Source of the DNA: Antedon mediterranea
Taxonomy: Eukaryota > Animalia > Echinodermata
DNA length: 64,000 bases
Assembly: GCF_964355755.1 (NCBI RefSeq)
Contig: NC_092674.1
Coordinates: 19,344,001-19,408,000 of the forward strand
Direction: 5' to 3'
In this document: positions 37,126-51,650 of the stretch, in pieces
How the letters are laid out: every line of letters begins with the position of its first letter
How positions within the stretch are numbered: the first letter of the stretch is position 1
Position numbers and translations under genes: made by a program
Notes under the pieces: model-generated
The model's database searches: none
Told to the model about the DNA's origin: nothing
Seen by the model: the letters and a program-made list of their open reading frames with translations, nothing else

Positions 37126-40100
37126 GTGCGGCGATCTGACAGACGTTGGGCTGGAATATCAACTGATCTTGCCATAGAACAGTGTCTTATGCGTAGCATA
37201 AAAACAAGAGGAGGTCTAACAAGAGGGCGAGGATTAACAGAAATTCAACGACTTGTCTGGGTCCTTTCAACTCCAGTCTGCGCCAAGATCAATCATTTAA
37301 TGCAAGAGTTCACTAACGTGTTGTATACTACCAGTGAACAACATAAAGAAACAACATATGCCAGAAAGATGAAGGACCTCAGTGATGTACAAGACATATC
37401 AAGGTATCTGACACAGCGAAATCCATTCAATACAGACAGTACAAAATCACTGACAAACATTGCAACTGGAGTGACGGCACATATCAATGTAGACTGTGAC
37501 AATGCCAAGCATGTAGCAGGCCCGTAGCGCCAGGGGGGGGGGCGGTTATGGTTCGGGCGAACCCCCCTTTACAGCGACCCCCCCCCCCCCCCCCTTAACC
37601 GACTGCAAACCCCTATCCCCGACATCCACAATACCTCACCACACCCTCATCTCTGAAAATCCTCCAAATACGTGCCCCACAATACAAAAGGTTGTTTGTA
37701 AATTGAAAAATGTGTAAACTCGTTCGTGAATAAATCATACCTTATTGTTAAACAAATGAATTGGTTGCCGATTTTCACCTGATAAATAATACGAATTTTT
37801 GGTCCCAGGATGTAACATGATATTGACGCGAGCTTGGGCACGAACGAATCGTACAAAGAACACCGCTAGACAACCGCGTACCTATTGTTTCGATCACTGG
37901 CAGTCAGCATGCATAAAGTATATAGCCTTCCGACGTACATCAAAAAATGGAACGCTGCGGTTACCTATAATATTTATGTGTGGCTATGAAGTATAGTGTA
38001 TCATCATCATAGAGGATTATAGTGAATTTAATATATTACACTATAATATCTATGGTATCATGTACTGTAGTTTACATTAGGCCTATGGCATTCGATTATT
38101 ATTTTTTTATAGACCACCAGCCGATACGTAGGCCTACTCAACTGTATCAATACCACCTATTTACATTGATATATTTAGTTTCCTCAACAAATTGCTGTAA
38201 ATAAATATAGATAGAGCTATCAGGGGCGGTGGCAGGACTATTTTAAGAAGAGGGTTGCCCAAAGACTCCAGGGCTGTAGACACTGAGTATTTGAGCAAGC
38301 AAATTGTTAAATGACACCCCTAGATGGCCGCAAATAGTACCCTCGCACGTAAATTTATGATAATTTTTTTTCGTTCAATGCAAACGTCGCGGGGAAGTCT
38401 CCGATTAAGGTACTTTTGGTACGGTAATACATTCTAATAACTGTACTCAATTAATGTAAATTAATTATCAATTAATAATTTTAAAAAGTTGTACAAAAAA
38501 TATGAAGCAGTTGCTATAAATATATTGAGCAAAAGGTTAAATTGTATAATTTGGAATTTTAATTCATTTAAAAATGCTAAATAAAGTCAGATGTTAAAAC
38601 CACATTTTCCAAAAATTCATTTTCATTTATCCACTATAAACTTTACAAAAGTGTTGTTTTAAACCACACTCCAAATAAAACAAAGAAAATAATGATAGGA
38701 AATTTGCAGAAAGAAGCAAACTTTGCTCTGTTACCGGTATAACACGGTTCAAATTTTGGAACGTCTATATAAATTACTACGGAAATTCGGCCTATTTACG
38801 ACGAACGTACGGAAATGAAGATAAATAGGGTACTACACGCATCGGAAATACAACACTATACGCACAATTATGATTTGGCCTAAAAATTGGCCTTAGATTA
38901 TGGAAAACCCCCGGCAAAACGCAATAATTATGGACAAATCGATTATTAGCCTTGGCAATATGCCTAATATTTAAAAGGAATGAATATAGGCTATATTTCG
39001 TTTGTCGATGAATTTTTTAAATCATGTGTGAATGATTGATCCATTAGAGGTAATATGTGATGGTTCTAGTAACACTGCTATGCGTGCGTAATTTGTGAAT
39101 AACGTAGTAGTATTCTACATACACGAGCCTAGATAGGGAGGATCTGTACTGTCGTTCATTGCGAGAGGAGGGGGAAGTCCGGTAATGTGTCATGAAAAAT
39201 GTAACAAGCCAGAGATGAAATAAAATTACTAACATTTAGCTGATTGTCTTGTTTTAGTCGTCGTCAGAAGTTTATCGACCGACATCTATTTCTCATGTGT
39301 AGTAGAGCGTTTCTTTGATTGAATATTTTTTTTTTGTATTATAACACAAGTTCATTTTGGATTTTCAGTAAATTACCAATTGTTTATTCAAAGTCAAACT
39401 GTAACTAATCCCTCACTATTCAATCAAAATGTTATTATACTACTATATTGTTGAAAAATGGATTGCGTGACTTGAAAATAGATTGATAGTAAAATGTAAT
39501 AAAGACACGTTCTTGTCTGGTTATTAGGTATGCATGCTCTGATAAAGCAGAGGATTATTTTTGTAGCGTTCCATTTAAAATAGATTTTATTACAAAGAAA
39601 TATTTTGGTTGTGAAGGTCGTTAACAATTAGGCTAATATCAAAACATTCAACAATGATAAAATGCCCTGCAACTCTGTAACTACTTTATGACTAAGCCTA
39701 TCAAGTTCCGTGTCCGGATGGTATACGATGAAATGGAACTCAATTTCAATTCAGTGGCAGAAACAACATTTAGTATGAAATTAAGGCTGTTGCCCGGGCC
39801 ACAAGGGAAACACAGTGACAGTGGGACAGTGACCCAAATACTTAGTGTCCGAACCCCCCCTTGACAGATCCTGGCTACGGCCCTGTGTAGGTCAACAAAT
39901 TGTGCAATCAATGACAAACCAAAAGGTCGCCGACTACACATTTCGGAAAAAGAGCCAATCCATTACAATGAACTCTAAAAGTGCATTGAAGATAAAAGAT
40001 GATGTGGTCAATGTAGATCCTTTACTTCTATTTCAACGACTTGTAACTGCCGGCACAAGATGCGATAATGTATCAGATATATTTAGATTGTTTGAATCAC

Positions 40101-41400
40101 CAGATATGATGAGGTCTGCAAATAAAGCTAGTTTAGCTGATAGTTTGTGGTCAACAGCAATCGAGGTTGCTCCAGAACCTCCTGATCAAATTCAGCACGT
40201 CTTAGATGGAGGAGCACTACTTCATAAAATTCCATGGACAAGAGGGGCTTCGGGGGTTACATTATGAGAGTATACACTAAATATGTTTCTCACAAATATG
40301 GAAAACCCATTGTTGTTTTTGATGGGTACGATAACTCACTAAGTACAAAAGACTGTACACATACAAGGAGAAGTGGTGGTGGTGGTGGTGTAGCTGTACA
40401 CTTTGACCAATCTATGACCTTACAAACCAAAAAAGAAGAATTTCTGTCAAACGTTCAAAACAAACAAAGATTCATTAAGATTTTGGGAAATAGTCTTGAA
40501 AAAGAAGGTTGTACTGTTCACCACGCAGAAGCTGACGCTGACTATCTTGTGTCGAAGATGGCTCTGTCCTACGCAGAACAAATAGGCACGATTGTCATCG
40601 CAGATGATACAGATATCCTGGTCCTCCTTATCCACCATGGTGGTCACACCAAACATAATGTATGGTTCAAGCCAAACCAAAGGAAAGAAACTAAAAAGGT
40701 GCAACGATATTGGAACATTGCGGCAACAAGACTTGACCTTGGCAGCGATGTTTGTAAATATATCCTATTTTGTCACGCGTTCCTTGGATGTGACACGACA
40801 TCGCGATTTTTTGGTATTGGGAAAATCAAAGCAGTAACTAAAGTAAGAAGTGACTGTTTCTTTTCTGAACAAGCCAAAGTGTTTATGACTTGTAAGGCAA
40901 ACAGACAGGAGGCAATTGCAGCGGGTAATAACGCCATTTTGTCTTTGTATGGTAGCAGCGATAATGAAAACCTAGATGAATTGAGGTTTCGTAAATTTCA
41001 TGAAAAGACTACATGCAGTACTAAAGCAGTTTATCCACGTTCTTTACCCCCAACGGCATCAGCGGCAAAGTATCATAGTCTAAGGGTGTACCAACAAGTT
41101 CAAGTTTGGCTTGGAAATGAAGAAAATGTACCTCCAGATAAATATGGATGGAAGATCAGCCAAGGCAGGATGATACCATATTTGACGGACAACCCCCCCC
41201 CCCCCCCCAGCACCACAATTGCTCCTACAAATCATAAGATGCAAATGCAAAACAGGCTGCTATAATATGAAATGCAGCTGTAGGAACAATGGATTAGATT
41301 GCTCCATGGCATGTAGTGAGTGTCGAGGTGTATGCGCAAACATTTCTCTAGATGATAATGAATATACCGATTCTGAAGATTCAACAATATGGGTTTGTAA
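37126..41400 (+). pseudogene. Academ transposase 3' half (XPG-like + Cys8), split and frameshifted
   Basis: DLAIEQCLMRSIKTRGGLTRGRG; VLDGGALLH; VVFDGY; EADAD; DDTDIL; HAFLGCDTTS; LPPT...HSLRVYQQ; CKCKTGC...CSC...CS.AC..C. Confidence 0.88.
37517..39885. mobile_element. Non-autonomous TIR element (hAT-like CAGG ends) with 5-bp TSD
   Basis: CAGGCCCGTAGCGCCAGG ... CCTGGCTACGGCCCTG; TSD TGTAG (37512-37516 and 39886-39890). Removing it restores the frame NAKHVGQQIV. Confidence 0.85.
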
Positions 41401-43329
41401 AATCAGACGATTGGTAAATATTCTCTACCAGGCCTATTTGGATATTTTTTTGTTTTGTGTGTTTTTAGAGTAAATATAAACAGAATAATGAATAGTTAAA
41501 TGTTATCTTGGGTGCTGATCTATGAAGAAATATAACACCAATATATTGCCCCAATTACTAAACGTTTTCTGGATAGACATCAAAGGTAAATATAATTACT
41601 TTCGCATTGACTATATACACAGACATTTTTTTATTAGAGTGGATATCCTTCTGAGTTGTTTGACACAAAAAATGCTCATCTAAACCCATAGTTCACAAAG
41701 ATACAAATATATAAATATAATAGTTGAAAGCTTCCGGTCATTTTCTGTAAAAATAGTTTCATTAGAGTAAATAAATGTGGTTCTTCTGAATTGTTTAACA
41801 CAAAAGTTACGCTTATTGGTCACCGAGATACAAAAAATAAATTTAGTGAGATATGAAATAAAGAATATGTTAACGGTCAAAACGATGACTTTTTCATTAG
41901 AGTGAATATAAACATAGACCTTTTGAATATTTTGACACAAAAAATGCTCATCTACGCCCATTGGTTACAAAGATATGAATATACCAATATAATAGGTCAA
42001 AGGTCAAAAGAGTAGTTTCCGGTCATTTTTTTTGTAAAAAGTTTTATTAGAGTGAATATAAATAAGGGTCTTCTGAATTGATTAACACACAAATTACGAA
42101 GTTACGACTATTGGTCACCGAGATACAAAAAATTTAATTAGTGAAATAATATAAAATAATGAATATATGTCAAAGGTCAAAATGATGTCGTCTGGTCATA
42201 ATACACAAAACGTTTTCATTAGAGTGAATATAAACATAGACCTTCTGGGTATTTTGACACCAAAAATGCTTGTTTACGCCCAGTGGTTACCGAGATATGA
42301 ATATGCCAAAATAATAGGTCAAAGGTCAAAAAAATGGATTCCGGTCATTTTTGATAAAAAACTTTCATTAGAGTGAATATAAATATGGGTCTTCTGAATT
42401 GTTTGACACCAAAATTACCAAGTTCGGCCAAGCGGTTACTGAGATATACAAATATATAATTTGACCCTCATGACCTCTTGACCCCTTAAAAAAGTGTGTT
42501 CCACTGAACCGATTTTGGTAGATTTAGGAAATGTTTCTTCCAGGAACATATAGACTCAAATAAAAAAGGTTCGGAAACTATTGCAATTTGTTTTGGGTCT
42601 ATCGGTAGATTGACTGGACTAAAATTACGCTGATGTTGTTGTAGGCCTAAATGTCATGCTGTAAAACTCTCACTTTGTATATTACTCATCCCTTCACGAT
42701 GGCCAAAGCTAATACTCAGATTATTACATAGTTTACGTTTATAATAAGTTTGCTTGTGATCTCTATGCCCCTGAAAGAATTGCATTGATTGGTGTTTTAT
42801 AAACGTGTAGTGTTCTTCTCTGTAAACTGAGCTTTCCACACTATTATAAAAATATATTACACAGAATAAAAGATTTTATTATAGAATTTAGAATATATTT
42901 TAGAACTGAATCAAAATGTCTTTAAAGTTAATACTTAGATTATCTTTTTTTTAAATGTTGTCATTATTTTAAATATTACGCAGAAAGGCACATTTTAATG
43001 GATAAAATAATGTGAAATAAAAGTATGTAATAGACACATGTTTCCAATGACAAATCACTGACTTGATTGAATAATGCTATTTTAATTTTACTTTGTAACC
43101 TTATACACAGAATAAAGGATTTAATTACATTATACTAACTTGTGTTTGACAATTTTGCAGGCCAAAGGTTAACAATCTTTATTATTACTCCGCTCTGACG
43201 AAAAAGAAAAATAATATTGAAAATCAGCCCGGGAAGCAAAACATGTATGTTATATGTAAATAAAATAATGTAGATAAATAGCTAGCCCTATTAATTCTAT
43301 GAAAAATAAAAAAACATTAGGCCTCTATA

Positions 43330-43698
43330 ACTCTCTCATAAAAACCTTAAAGTACATTATCAGCATCCTTATACAAATTTGACAAAATATAATTAAATCT
43401 CATTCTATGAAAACTCTAGAAAAAAGTAGAGCTATTCTAAAAAATATTAACCATGCCTTGTTCAGTGATTTCGAGCGCATGCCTCATGGGCGTCGCTTTC
43501 GATGCGCTGCCCGGCATGTAGAACAGACCGGAAAAGGAATTCGTTCTTGCCAGTGGCCATCCGACTTTTAAATTCTTGAACTTTGACTTTTGTTATATTG
43601 TACTGTTTTGTGTATGGTGATATATTGTATATTGTGTAAGATCATTTTAATCCAGACCTTTTTATTTGAATTGCCCCGTTTGGGATGATTAAAAATAT
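43330..43698 (+). mobile_element. L2/Rex-Babar-like LINE 3' fragment with (TTGAA)n tail
   Basis: ILKNINHALFSDFERMPHGRRFR resembles the HPL..F..LPSGRR.R motif; tail ttgaattgaattgaattgaa. Confidence 0.6.
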
Positions 43699-44694
43699 TT
43701 GAATTGAATTGAATTGAATGAAGGCATGGTTTCAATCTTTATGGTGCCTCTAATCAGTCACCAAAGACATTTACATTTAACGGCACATTAGTGATGATTT
43801 TTTACGGATTTGCACATTTGAAGATGTCACGTTTGCACAAATGTTCTCACATTTCACGGTTCAACAGGGTGTCCTAAACTGCCAGTATGTTGATATCTTT
43901 TGAAAATGAATTAAAATCAGCATGTAAATAATAGGAAAAAGGTAAGATTTAAATTCGATATTATTATAATAAACTGAAACAAAAGATGGCTAGGAATAAG
44001 AAATAACATATTCATTTGAATGAAAGAGATGATTGAAGAAGGTATCTATAGCTAGCTCACGTAGGCATCCTGACGTGGCTAATCCTATAAACACTAAAAC
44101 CAGAAACACTTCCCATTGCAGTTTAAATACATCAATGCTTTATATTTTGGTGTCTCACACGTATTGTCGTTCAATGTTTCTTAAGATTCTATCTCATCAT
44201 TTCTCTATAATAATGTAAACGAACATACTATTTTCATTGGTTATTTGTATGAATTAATTAATATTTGTATTCATTGTATTTAGTCCAGTCAAAGCTCTTA
44301 CCCTAATCATATAAATTCACGCAGTATGTTAAGAATATAGGAAAGATCATTTCTTGATGTTGCGTCTGGGATTTAACGAGAAAAATCGGTACGCAATTGT
44401 TAACCACCTCATGTCGTAATTTTTTTACCGCGAATGCGAAGAAGAAGCGTGACCGAAATTACGATACGCCGTTAGCGCCCGTAAACAAATATATTTAAAA
44501 AGCTATGAAACCTATGGTAATTAACTGTTTATAGCATAATTTAAGTTTAGATTGCAGTAAAATATATAATGAAATACATAACATAAAAATAAATCCAAAT
44601 TTAAACTAGTATATAATATACAGATATGTGTTTAGAAATGTCCAAATAAAAATGACTTTCCATAAAATAAAGTACGCCCTCATTGGTCATACTT

Positions 44695-46234
44695 TATTAG
44701 GTGATCATTTAGAATAAAATGATCACCTATTGTTATTGTATCAAATCTTTATTCTTCTTCTTGGTTATCCGCAACGAAGTTGCAGGATAACCTCTTGTGA
44801 TTGTACGAAATCAACCTGTATGATTTTTGTGTAACGCTTTTCTCTAAAACTCGCAAACATAACATTTCGGTAACTATCTTAACATATTGACATTTACTCT
44901 CCATAATTCATTATCACATATTAACGAAATTCACAACACGTAAACTTCAGGTCAAGGGTAAAAATATTAGCAAATAAAAACGCACGCGCACGAGGGTCAT
45001 GCGCGTGAAATCGCGCGTTAAAAATTTAAAAGGCTCAAAATTAAGTTTTGATCAATTTAGAGCATGAATTGGGCCATTTGCGTGTTTCAAAAAATTACTG
45101 CGCAAAAACACGTTTTTGCGCGCGCGATACTTAAAAAGCGTAAAAATACAAATTTTTTGTAGAAATCGCATTCTACTCACCATCCTTAGTACATTAACCA
45201 AATTTGAGTCAGTTCCGACTTAAAATAACGCTATACGAGCAGGTTCAAAATGTCAAAATGCGCAAATTAATTGCATCAAAGTGCTGAAAATGGTGAAAAA
45301 TAAGGCATTTTTAAAATGAAAATAATTCTTCAGAATGCACGATGACCCCTAAGTTTTTTAACTTATTCGGGAAGCCATTGAGTTGTAGATATAAATGTAT
45401 ATACACATTAGACGTACAAAATGGTATTACGTCATCAAATGGCCACTTGAATTTAAAAATTAGGATTTTTTTCCGTTTTGTGTAGGTTATCACATTCAAT
45501 AGAGCGCATCTCCGCTATTTGAGCTCGATTTTCGCACAAATTTCAGTGTGTGCTCTCTTAATTATTTATCTTTCTCATAAATTGTCAGCGTTTTCATTTT
45601 GATAACGTCATTACGCGTAAAAACTTGAATAACGTAGGTCGTGTAATTTCACCTTTGCCGTAAATTTGAATATCTTACAGCTCTTCAGAATTGAAGGTTA
45701 CCTTGATGATTATAATTTATTATGAAAGCTGATGAAATGTAGATATGAATTCATATAAAAATCAAGCCTATTGGATGTTGTGACGTTAACGTATGGCCAG
45801 ATGAAGTTAAAAAGTAGTTTTTAAATTTCTTTAGTCAAAGTTATAAAAATTTCAAAGAGCGCGCATTGCGCTTCTACGTGTCAAATTCTCTTCCAATCCT
45901 TATATTTATTTTCTCAATTCATTATCTTTCGAAATTGTCATTTTTGAGTTGATTTTGATAATTCCATCATACCAAAAAATTTGAACATGATGTGGGTCCG
46001 TAATTTCACCTATGCTACACTGTATATAGATATACAGAATATACTGTACATATTGTATATGACACATTATAGGTACAACTCAGCACTATAAGTATGCATC
46101 ATGTCATAGGATGGCGTACATCAACTTTTTACGATCGCATGTTAACGTACGTGCATGTTTAAAAAATGTTAATTTCATTAAAATGATAAAAATGATCACC
46201 TATAATTCGTCAAAGTGACGAATTAAATTCTAGT
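44695..46234 (+). mobile_element. Helentron-associated non-autonomous element (HINE/DINE-1-like)
   Basis: 5' AGGTGATCATTT...AAATGATCACCT hairpin, (TTC)n, 3' subTIR AAATGATCACCT plus stem-loop AATTCGTCA-AAG-TGACGAATT and CTAGT. Absent from the homologous site near 31630. Confidence 0.75.
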
Positions 46235-47413
46235 TCGAACTTGTTAATCTGTTGTTAGATACTGAACCCATACGATCTGTTAGTTATTGCCTCTTTTTTA
46301 TTGCAATTGGCAACAAATATTTATTTTTCTTATTTATATCCATTGTTTTAATCATGGAAAATAATATTTTATATCCTCGAACACGTTACAAACATTCTAG
46401 TATACCATCATGATGGATTTTAGTGACATGAAATCACGAAAATACTGGCCAATAAAAAATAGGTTATTATTATGGAACCACTTTAACTCGTATCAGGAAA
46501 AGACTTTCGGTACAAAAAACTGCTGTTTGGAAAGTGAATTGTTGAAATAATTATTGTTTAAACTCATGAATGAGCGTATCGTGTGCAAAGCAGTTGTTTC
46601 AACTGATTAACAGGCGAACGGTGCATAAAACATGAAATGATGACTTGTTTCAAATGTTCATGAAATGTTGATAAATGAGTCGGCTAATACATTAACGTTA
46701 TATTAATTCATTTATCGCTGCCTGGGCTCTTTAGATGGTTTGTGTTATGGGTAGTTACAATACTACTTTAAACAATATACTTAGGTAAAGCTGTGAAATA
46801 TTTTTAGCATGTTTTTAAAATAAGTTATATATTCTTTTTAATTGTTTATTTTAGACAGCACTGACTTAAAAAGATCGCCATCAGAATTCAGAATTCATTC
46901 CTTTAAAATGTAAACATCTCTGCTAAACAAACAAATCACTTACTCGCCTTTGTTGTTTATGTTTCCTTATTTAATCAATCCATGAATTTGAAACCAACCA
47001 ATAATTTAGTTTTACTTTCTTTTTATTTGTTTGTATTTTCTACAATCAAGTCCTACATTGTATTATACCACGGCACAATCAATGGTGAAGGTCGTAAACG
47101 TTAAGATAACAATACAAAAATAATCACGAGGTTACGCACATTGTGTTGTTGTGGTGTCTTAACGTCTGTTGGCTGCGTACTAAATGTATTTGTATTAAAA
47201 GAGCAGCCAATAATACTAGAACACAACCCATGCATTGAACCCGGAAATCTTTTTGTATTGGTGAAAATGAATTGAATGAATAAATACTTTTCTATAAAGA
47301 AACACAAATAAAACCTTAAACGGTTGAATGTTATTGGTTCATATAAAACAGCAAAGTTTCTAACAATCTATAACTGCCGTAAAGGCAGTCTACATTTGCA
47401 TTTACCTGCAAAG

Positions 47414-49013
47414 ATGTTGAAGATGATGTCTCATGATTTATTGACTTTGTTCTCGTTTTGTTTGTTAGTGGATTCTTCTAAATGTGTTGAGGTGGCATGT
47501 AGTAATGATACTAATGTGAATGCAGTTTGTGAATGTACAGAAAGAACACGAACAGTGAATTGTACAAACCGTGGACTCAATGAATGGCCAGTTGGAATTC
47601 CTGTAAATAAAAAGTTTCTGTAAGTTTAGATTTTTAAATTTGAAATTCATAAATCTAGTAAAACAAAAAGTAAATAAATCAAACTTAATTCCATATAATT
47701 CAGCTTATTCACCAATAACATATATAAAAAGTAGTACAAATATAAACTTTGTAAGATATTAAATATATAATTTTGTAATAAAGTTTGCACTGACCTCCAA
47801 ACTATGTGCGTGTTATGTGAGATGCAATATTGTAGTTAGTGTAGTTTGTAATTCAGGTGGTAATTTCCCGGATACGGTAGTCCAAATTACATATACAATA
47901 TAGCGCATGCGCATACTTCCGTCAAGAACTTAACCTTGTAGAACACCATTATACTTATTGTTTTTTTTTAAATTGAAAACTTATTGAGAGAATCGCATAA
48001 ATATTTAGCTAACCAAAAACTCGCTATTAGAAAATGTTTGGAAAAAAGAGGGTACGTACTTCGATGTCGTCGACCCAAAAACACTCGACAAACATGTGTT
48101 TCTCTAATGTTTGGTGCTTTTACATTAGTTGATAGTTGATTAATGCTAATAACAAATTCGAAATAAACTAGTAGTTTTAACATAACATAATTACTTGTTT
48201 ATAGTTACTTAAGCGATAACAACCTGAACAAAATCGACACCAATGCTTTGTTAGAGCTACAGGAACTCATTTCAATGTAAGATTTCATTGTTTTATGAGT
48301 TATTTTATCTAGTTTTGCTCCTTTTAAATATGTCAAATTTAATTTATCAATGAAACATATTTTGTCAATGTTATCTGTGTCCATTACTCAGGATATAATT
48401 TACAGAAAGATCATAATTATTGTTAACAATGCTAAAAACGATACTCTCACAACTGTACTGACACACGTGAAGTGTGAAACTCCCTGATTGACACCTTGTT
48501 TCTGTTGGTCATCCTTACACATTCAGCATCCATAGGGAAAAGAGTATGTCCTACAATGGTACCTTGTCAGATTTTACATTCGGACTTGTTCACATAATTA
48601 CCATTACGCTGAAATAGTCATTGTGTTTAAATACTTCCTAATAAAATAGACAATGGCACACATTACACAAACCAGTATGCGCTGATTTCAAAGAAAATAA
48701 ATAAGTTACCAATTAATTTATCTAATGTTTACAGAAACCTTGCTAATAATTCACTTACAAGCCTGCCAGAGTTTCCAAAGACAATCTATTCAATGTAAGT
48801 ACTATAGTATACCATCCAACTACTAACTTTACATTTATTAAAACCATGATCTTTTCCGTTGCTGCAATATCGAATATAACAATGCTACTTGAATGATATC
48901 TATTATTTACAATATTTCATTTTGTCTTGCTTTGGGAGTAGAAATATAGATCACAACAGGATATCTATACTAAAAAATACTACATTTCAAGGCTCCAATT
49001 TGGTAAATCATTT
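47414..49013 (+). CDS. 5' part of an inverted paralog of the LRR receptor (4 exons seen; remainder not in the window)
   Basis: Exons 47414-47619, 48205-48276, 48735-48794 and 48942-49013, all open with intact GT-AG. Equivalents of exons 4-6 are absent. It could be a pseudogene. Confidence 0.7.
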
Positions 49014-49065
49014 GTAAGTGAATACATTTTTTTTAATGCATATTAACAATAACGAAAATCTGCAA

Positions 49066-49168
49066 ACTACTACTACTACTACTATAGCTAATACTGCTAA
49101 TGCTGCCGCCACCACCACCGCTAACACCACAAACTCTAGAGCCACTACCGAAAATACTACTACTGCTT

Positions 49169-49214
<46 letters not shown>

Positions 49215-49222
49215 CACTACTA

Positions 49223-49278
<56 letters not shown>

Positions 49279-49312
49279 GCTTCTACTAATACAACTACTT
49301 CTACTGCTACTA

Positions 49313-49343
<31 letters not shown>

Positions 49344-49451
49344 CCCTACTACTACTACTGCTTCTACTACTACAACTACTACTGCTGCTGCTACTACTAC
49401 TACTACTACTACTACTACTGCTTCTACTACTACTACTACTACTACTGCTTT

Positions 49452-49509
<58 letters not shown>

Positions 49510-49516
49510 GCTACTG

Positions 49517-49557
<41 letters not shown>

Positions 49558-49962
49558 GCTGCTACTACTACTACTACTACTACTACTGCTTCTACTGCTA
49601 CTATTACTACTACTACTACTACTACTACTACCACTACTACTACCAATACTGCTGCTGCTACTACAGATACTACTACTTCTACTACTACTACCACACTACC
49701 ACTACCACTACTAGTGCTAATGATAATGGTACTGCTTTCGTTACTGATGCTGCCGCCATTGTTGCTTACACTGCCGCTACTGACGATAACGCTAATACTG
49801 GTACCGCTACTGCCACTAATTTACCACTATCACTGCTACCACCACTTATCTCTACTGCCACTATCACTACTACCATTAGCAATACTACCAATACTACCAC
49901 TATCCTTATCACTACTACCACTAATAGCACTGCCACAACTACCAACACCACTACTACTACTG
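49066..49962. repeat. (ACT)n low-complexity repeat (paralogous intron)
   Basis: Direct inspection. Confidence 0.95.
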
Positions 49963-50260
49963 ATAATAATGTTATAACTTTTTTTTTCAGACATATATCG
50001 TCAAACCCTATACATGGCATTGAACCTTTCACTTTTGTAAATGTGCAGTTAAATTTATTGTAAGTTTGTTGAAATAGGAAATGTGTTTCATTTTAATTGA
50101 AAAAAAAACAAAAGAGAAAAAAAACATCACATAATTCAGGCCTGTATAATTACTAAAAAAAGGAATTTACCTTTTTTTGTAGTTTTTGTCATTGGATACA
50201 TGGTTTATTAGTACTAACGATAATAATTATTATTCTTGTAAACAAGTATAATTGAAAATA

Positions 50261-51582
50261 CTAGAGGGTGAGCTCGCTCCCCCTCTAGGAAGTGTAGACG
50301 ATGGTTCTCGGAATGATAATGTTCTCCTTATACATTTTCTGTCGGTTACCATTATTGAAAATGCTTGACATTCGTAAAACTGAACTACTTTGTTTCACAG
50401 TGTTTTAGATGATTAATAACATTTTAAAGTATAGTTTTTATTGTTTGGTAGGGCCCTTTGGGGAGGCGGAGGTCATTTGAGGGAGGTGCTTATTCGAGGG
50501 ATATGTTAAATGTTTTAGTTCTAATAATATGGTAACATTTATAATCAAATGAAATCCTCTCATAGATATGAAAAGTGGTAAAAAAGAATAACAAATGCTT
50601 GGTAAATTGCAGGTAACAGTGCGGTGAATTCTACTACAAATAGTATAATTGTGTTATTATAAATATGTGGATGGACGTTTATTAGATAGTTGGGTTGGGG
50701 GGGGGGGGGGGGTTGGGGTTATTATTCAAAGTGATGTTTTATTGGAGAGGCGTTTATTCAAATGAATACCATCCTAATAATTATTAATACATTATTTAAT
50801 TTAATCATCTTTTGAAACTAACTGCCGTGACAGAGTGGGCCCAAGAAAGAAGACATTACGGCTTGCAACATGAGCAGACATCTCGGTCCTAACGGGACAC
50901 AGGAAGATAGCCTACAGTTATTCCTGCAAGCTTACTCAATAAAACTCAGCTATCGGGATTTCACTCGAAAAATGTCTTATCAAATCTCCCTATGTAATTT
51001 TATAATACTATTCCCCACAATATATTCTGATTCTTTATGGCGTATATTTAATTTGATCTTTATTAATTTGCAGTATAATTCTTATTATTTAACTACTGTA
51101 CCTTCACACACGTGTGGTATGTTTTAAAATAAACAAAAAACTGAAATGGCTATGATTAATGGCCAATTTTTTTTTCGTCTTCCAAAGGGACACTGTATTG
51201 ATTGATGGAAAGTGCCTGTTTCCAGTCACCTTTAGGGTCAAATCTATTATTTTAACTGCTCCCTTGTGTATAAAAGAGAGAAAATATTTGAAACTAAGGT
51301 GAACTTATCTTAAACCCGGAAATTACTTTAACCGGGAAGAATTGAAATTGAGAGGAAAATCCAATGTTGAAATCATAAATGTTGTTAAAAAACTCTTTAT
51401 AATATCTTCCTAAGATATAAATATGGAACAATAGCGTCGGCGTGCACACTAATGTTATCAAATCTACGTTTCGCGGTACATCTCGGATAGATAAGGTAGG
51501 TATCCAAGGCGGAGATTTGTACCGAAGTTTTTGCATTGTGCTCGCCTATGTCAGAATTAACCATAATTTATATATAGATAGA
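50261..51582 (-). mobile_element. Non-autonomous Helitron (same family as 7367-8191)
   Basis: Minus strand A|TCTATCTATATATAAATT ... GCGAGCTCACCCTCTAG|T: canonical TC/CTAG ends in an A|T target. Confidence 0.75.
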
Positions 51583-51650
51583 TTTCACAAATTGTATTGA
51601 AGTTACTTTTTAATGATCCAAAATGGCCATGATATATATAATATATATAT

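Larger units (their letters stand above)
36312..42621 (+). mobile_element. Academ DNA transposon, internally deleted, long repeat-rich TIRs, with a nested insertion
   Basis: Ends TAGTCCAGTCAATCTA...TAGATTGACTGGACTA; apparent TSD AAA. The TIRs extend several hundred bp with internal TTGACCTTTGAC repeats. Confidence 0.88.
42680..50220 (+). repeat. Inverted segmental duplicate of ~24680-32765
   Basis: Colinear reverse-complement similarity through the upstream region, exons, introns and trinucleotide repeat, apart from indels. Confidence 0.92.

Noticed and set aside
49018-49977. 319-aa Thr-rich mucin-like ORF (and poly-Leu/Ser/Val ORFs at 25195-25825)
   Set aside because: Translation of an intronic (ACT)n repeat. 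Read-through from the preceding exon hits TAA, and the frame is not conserved in the paralog.
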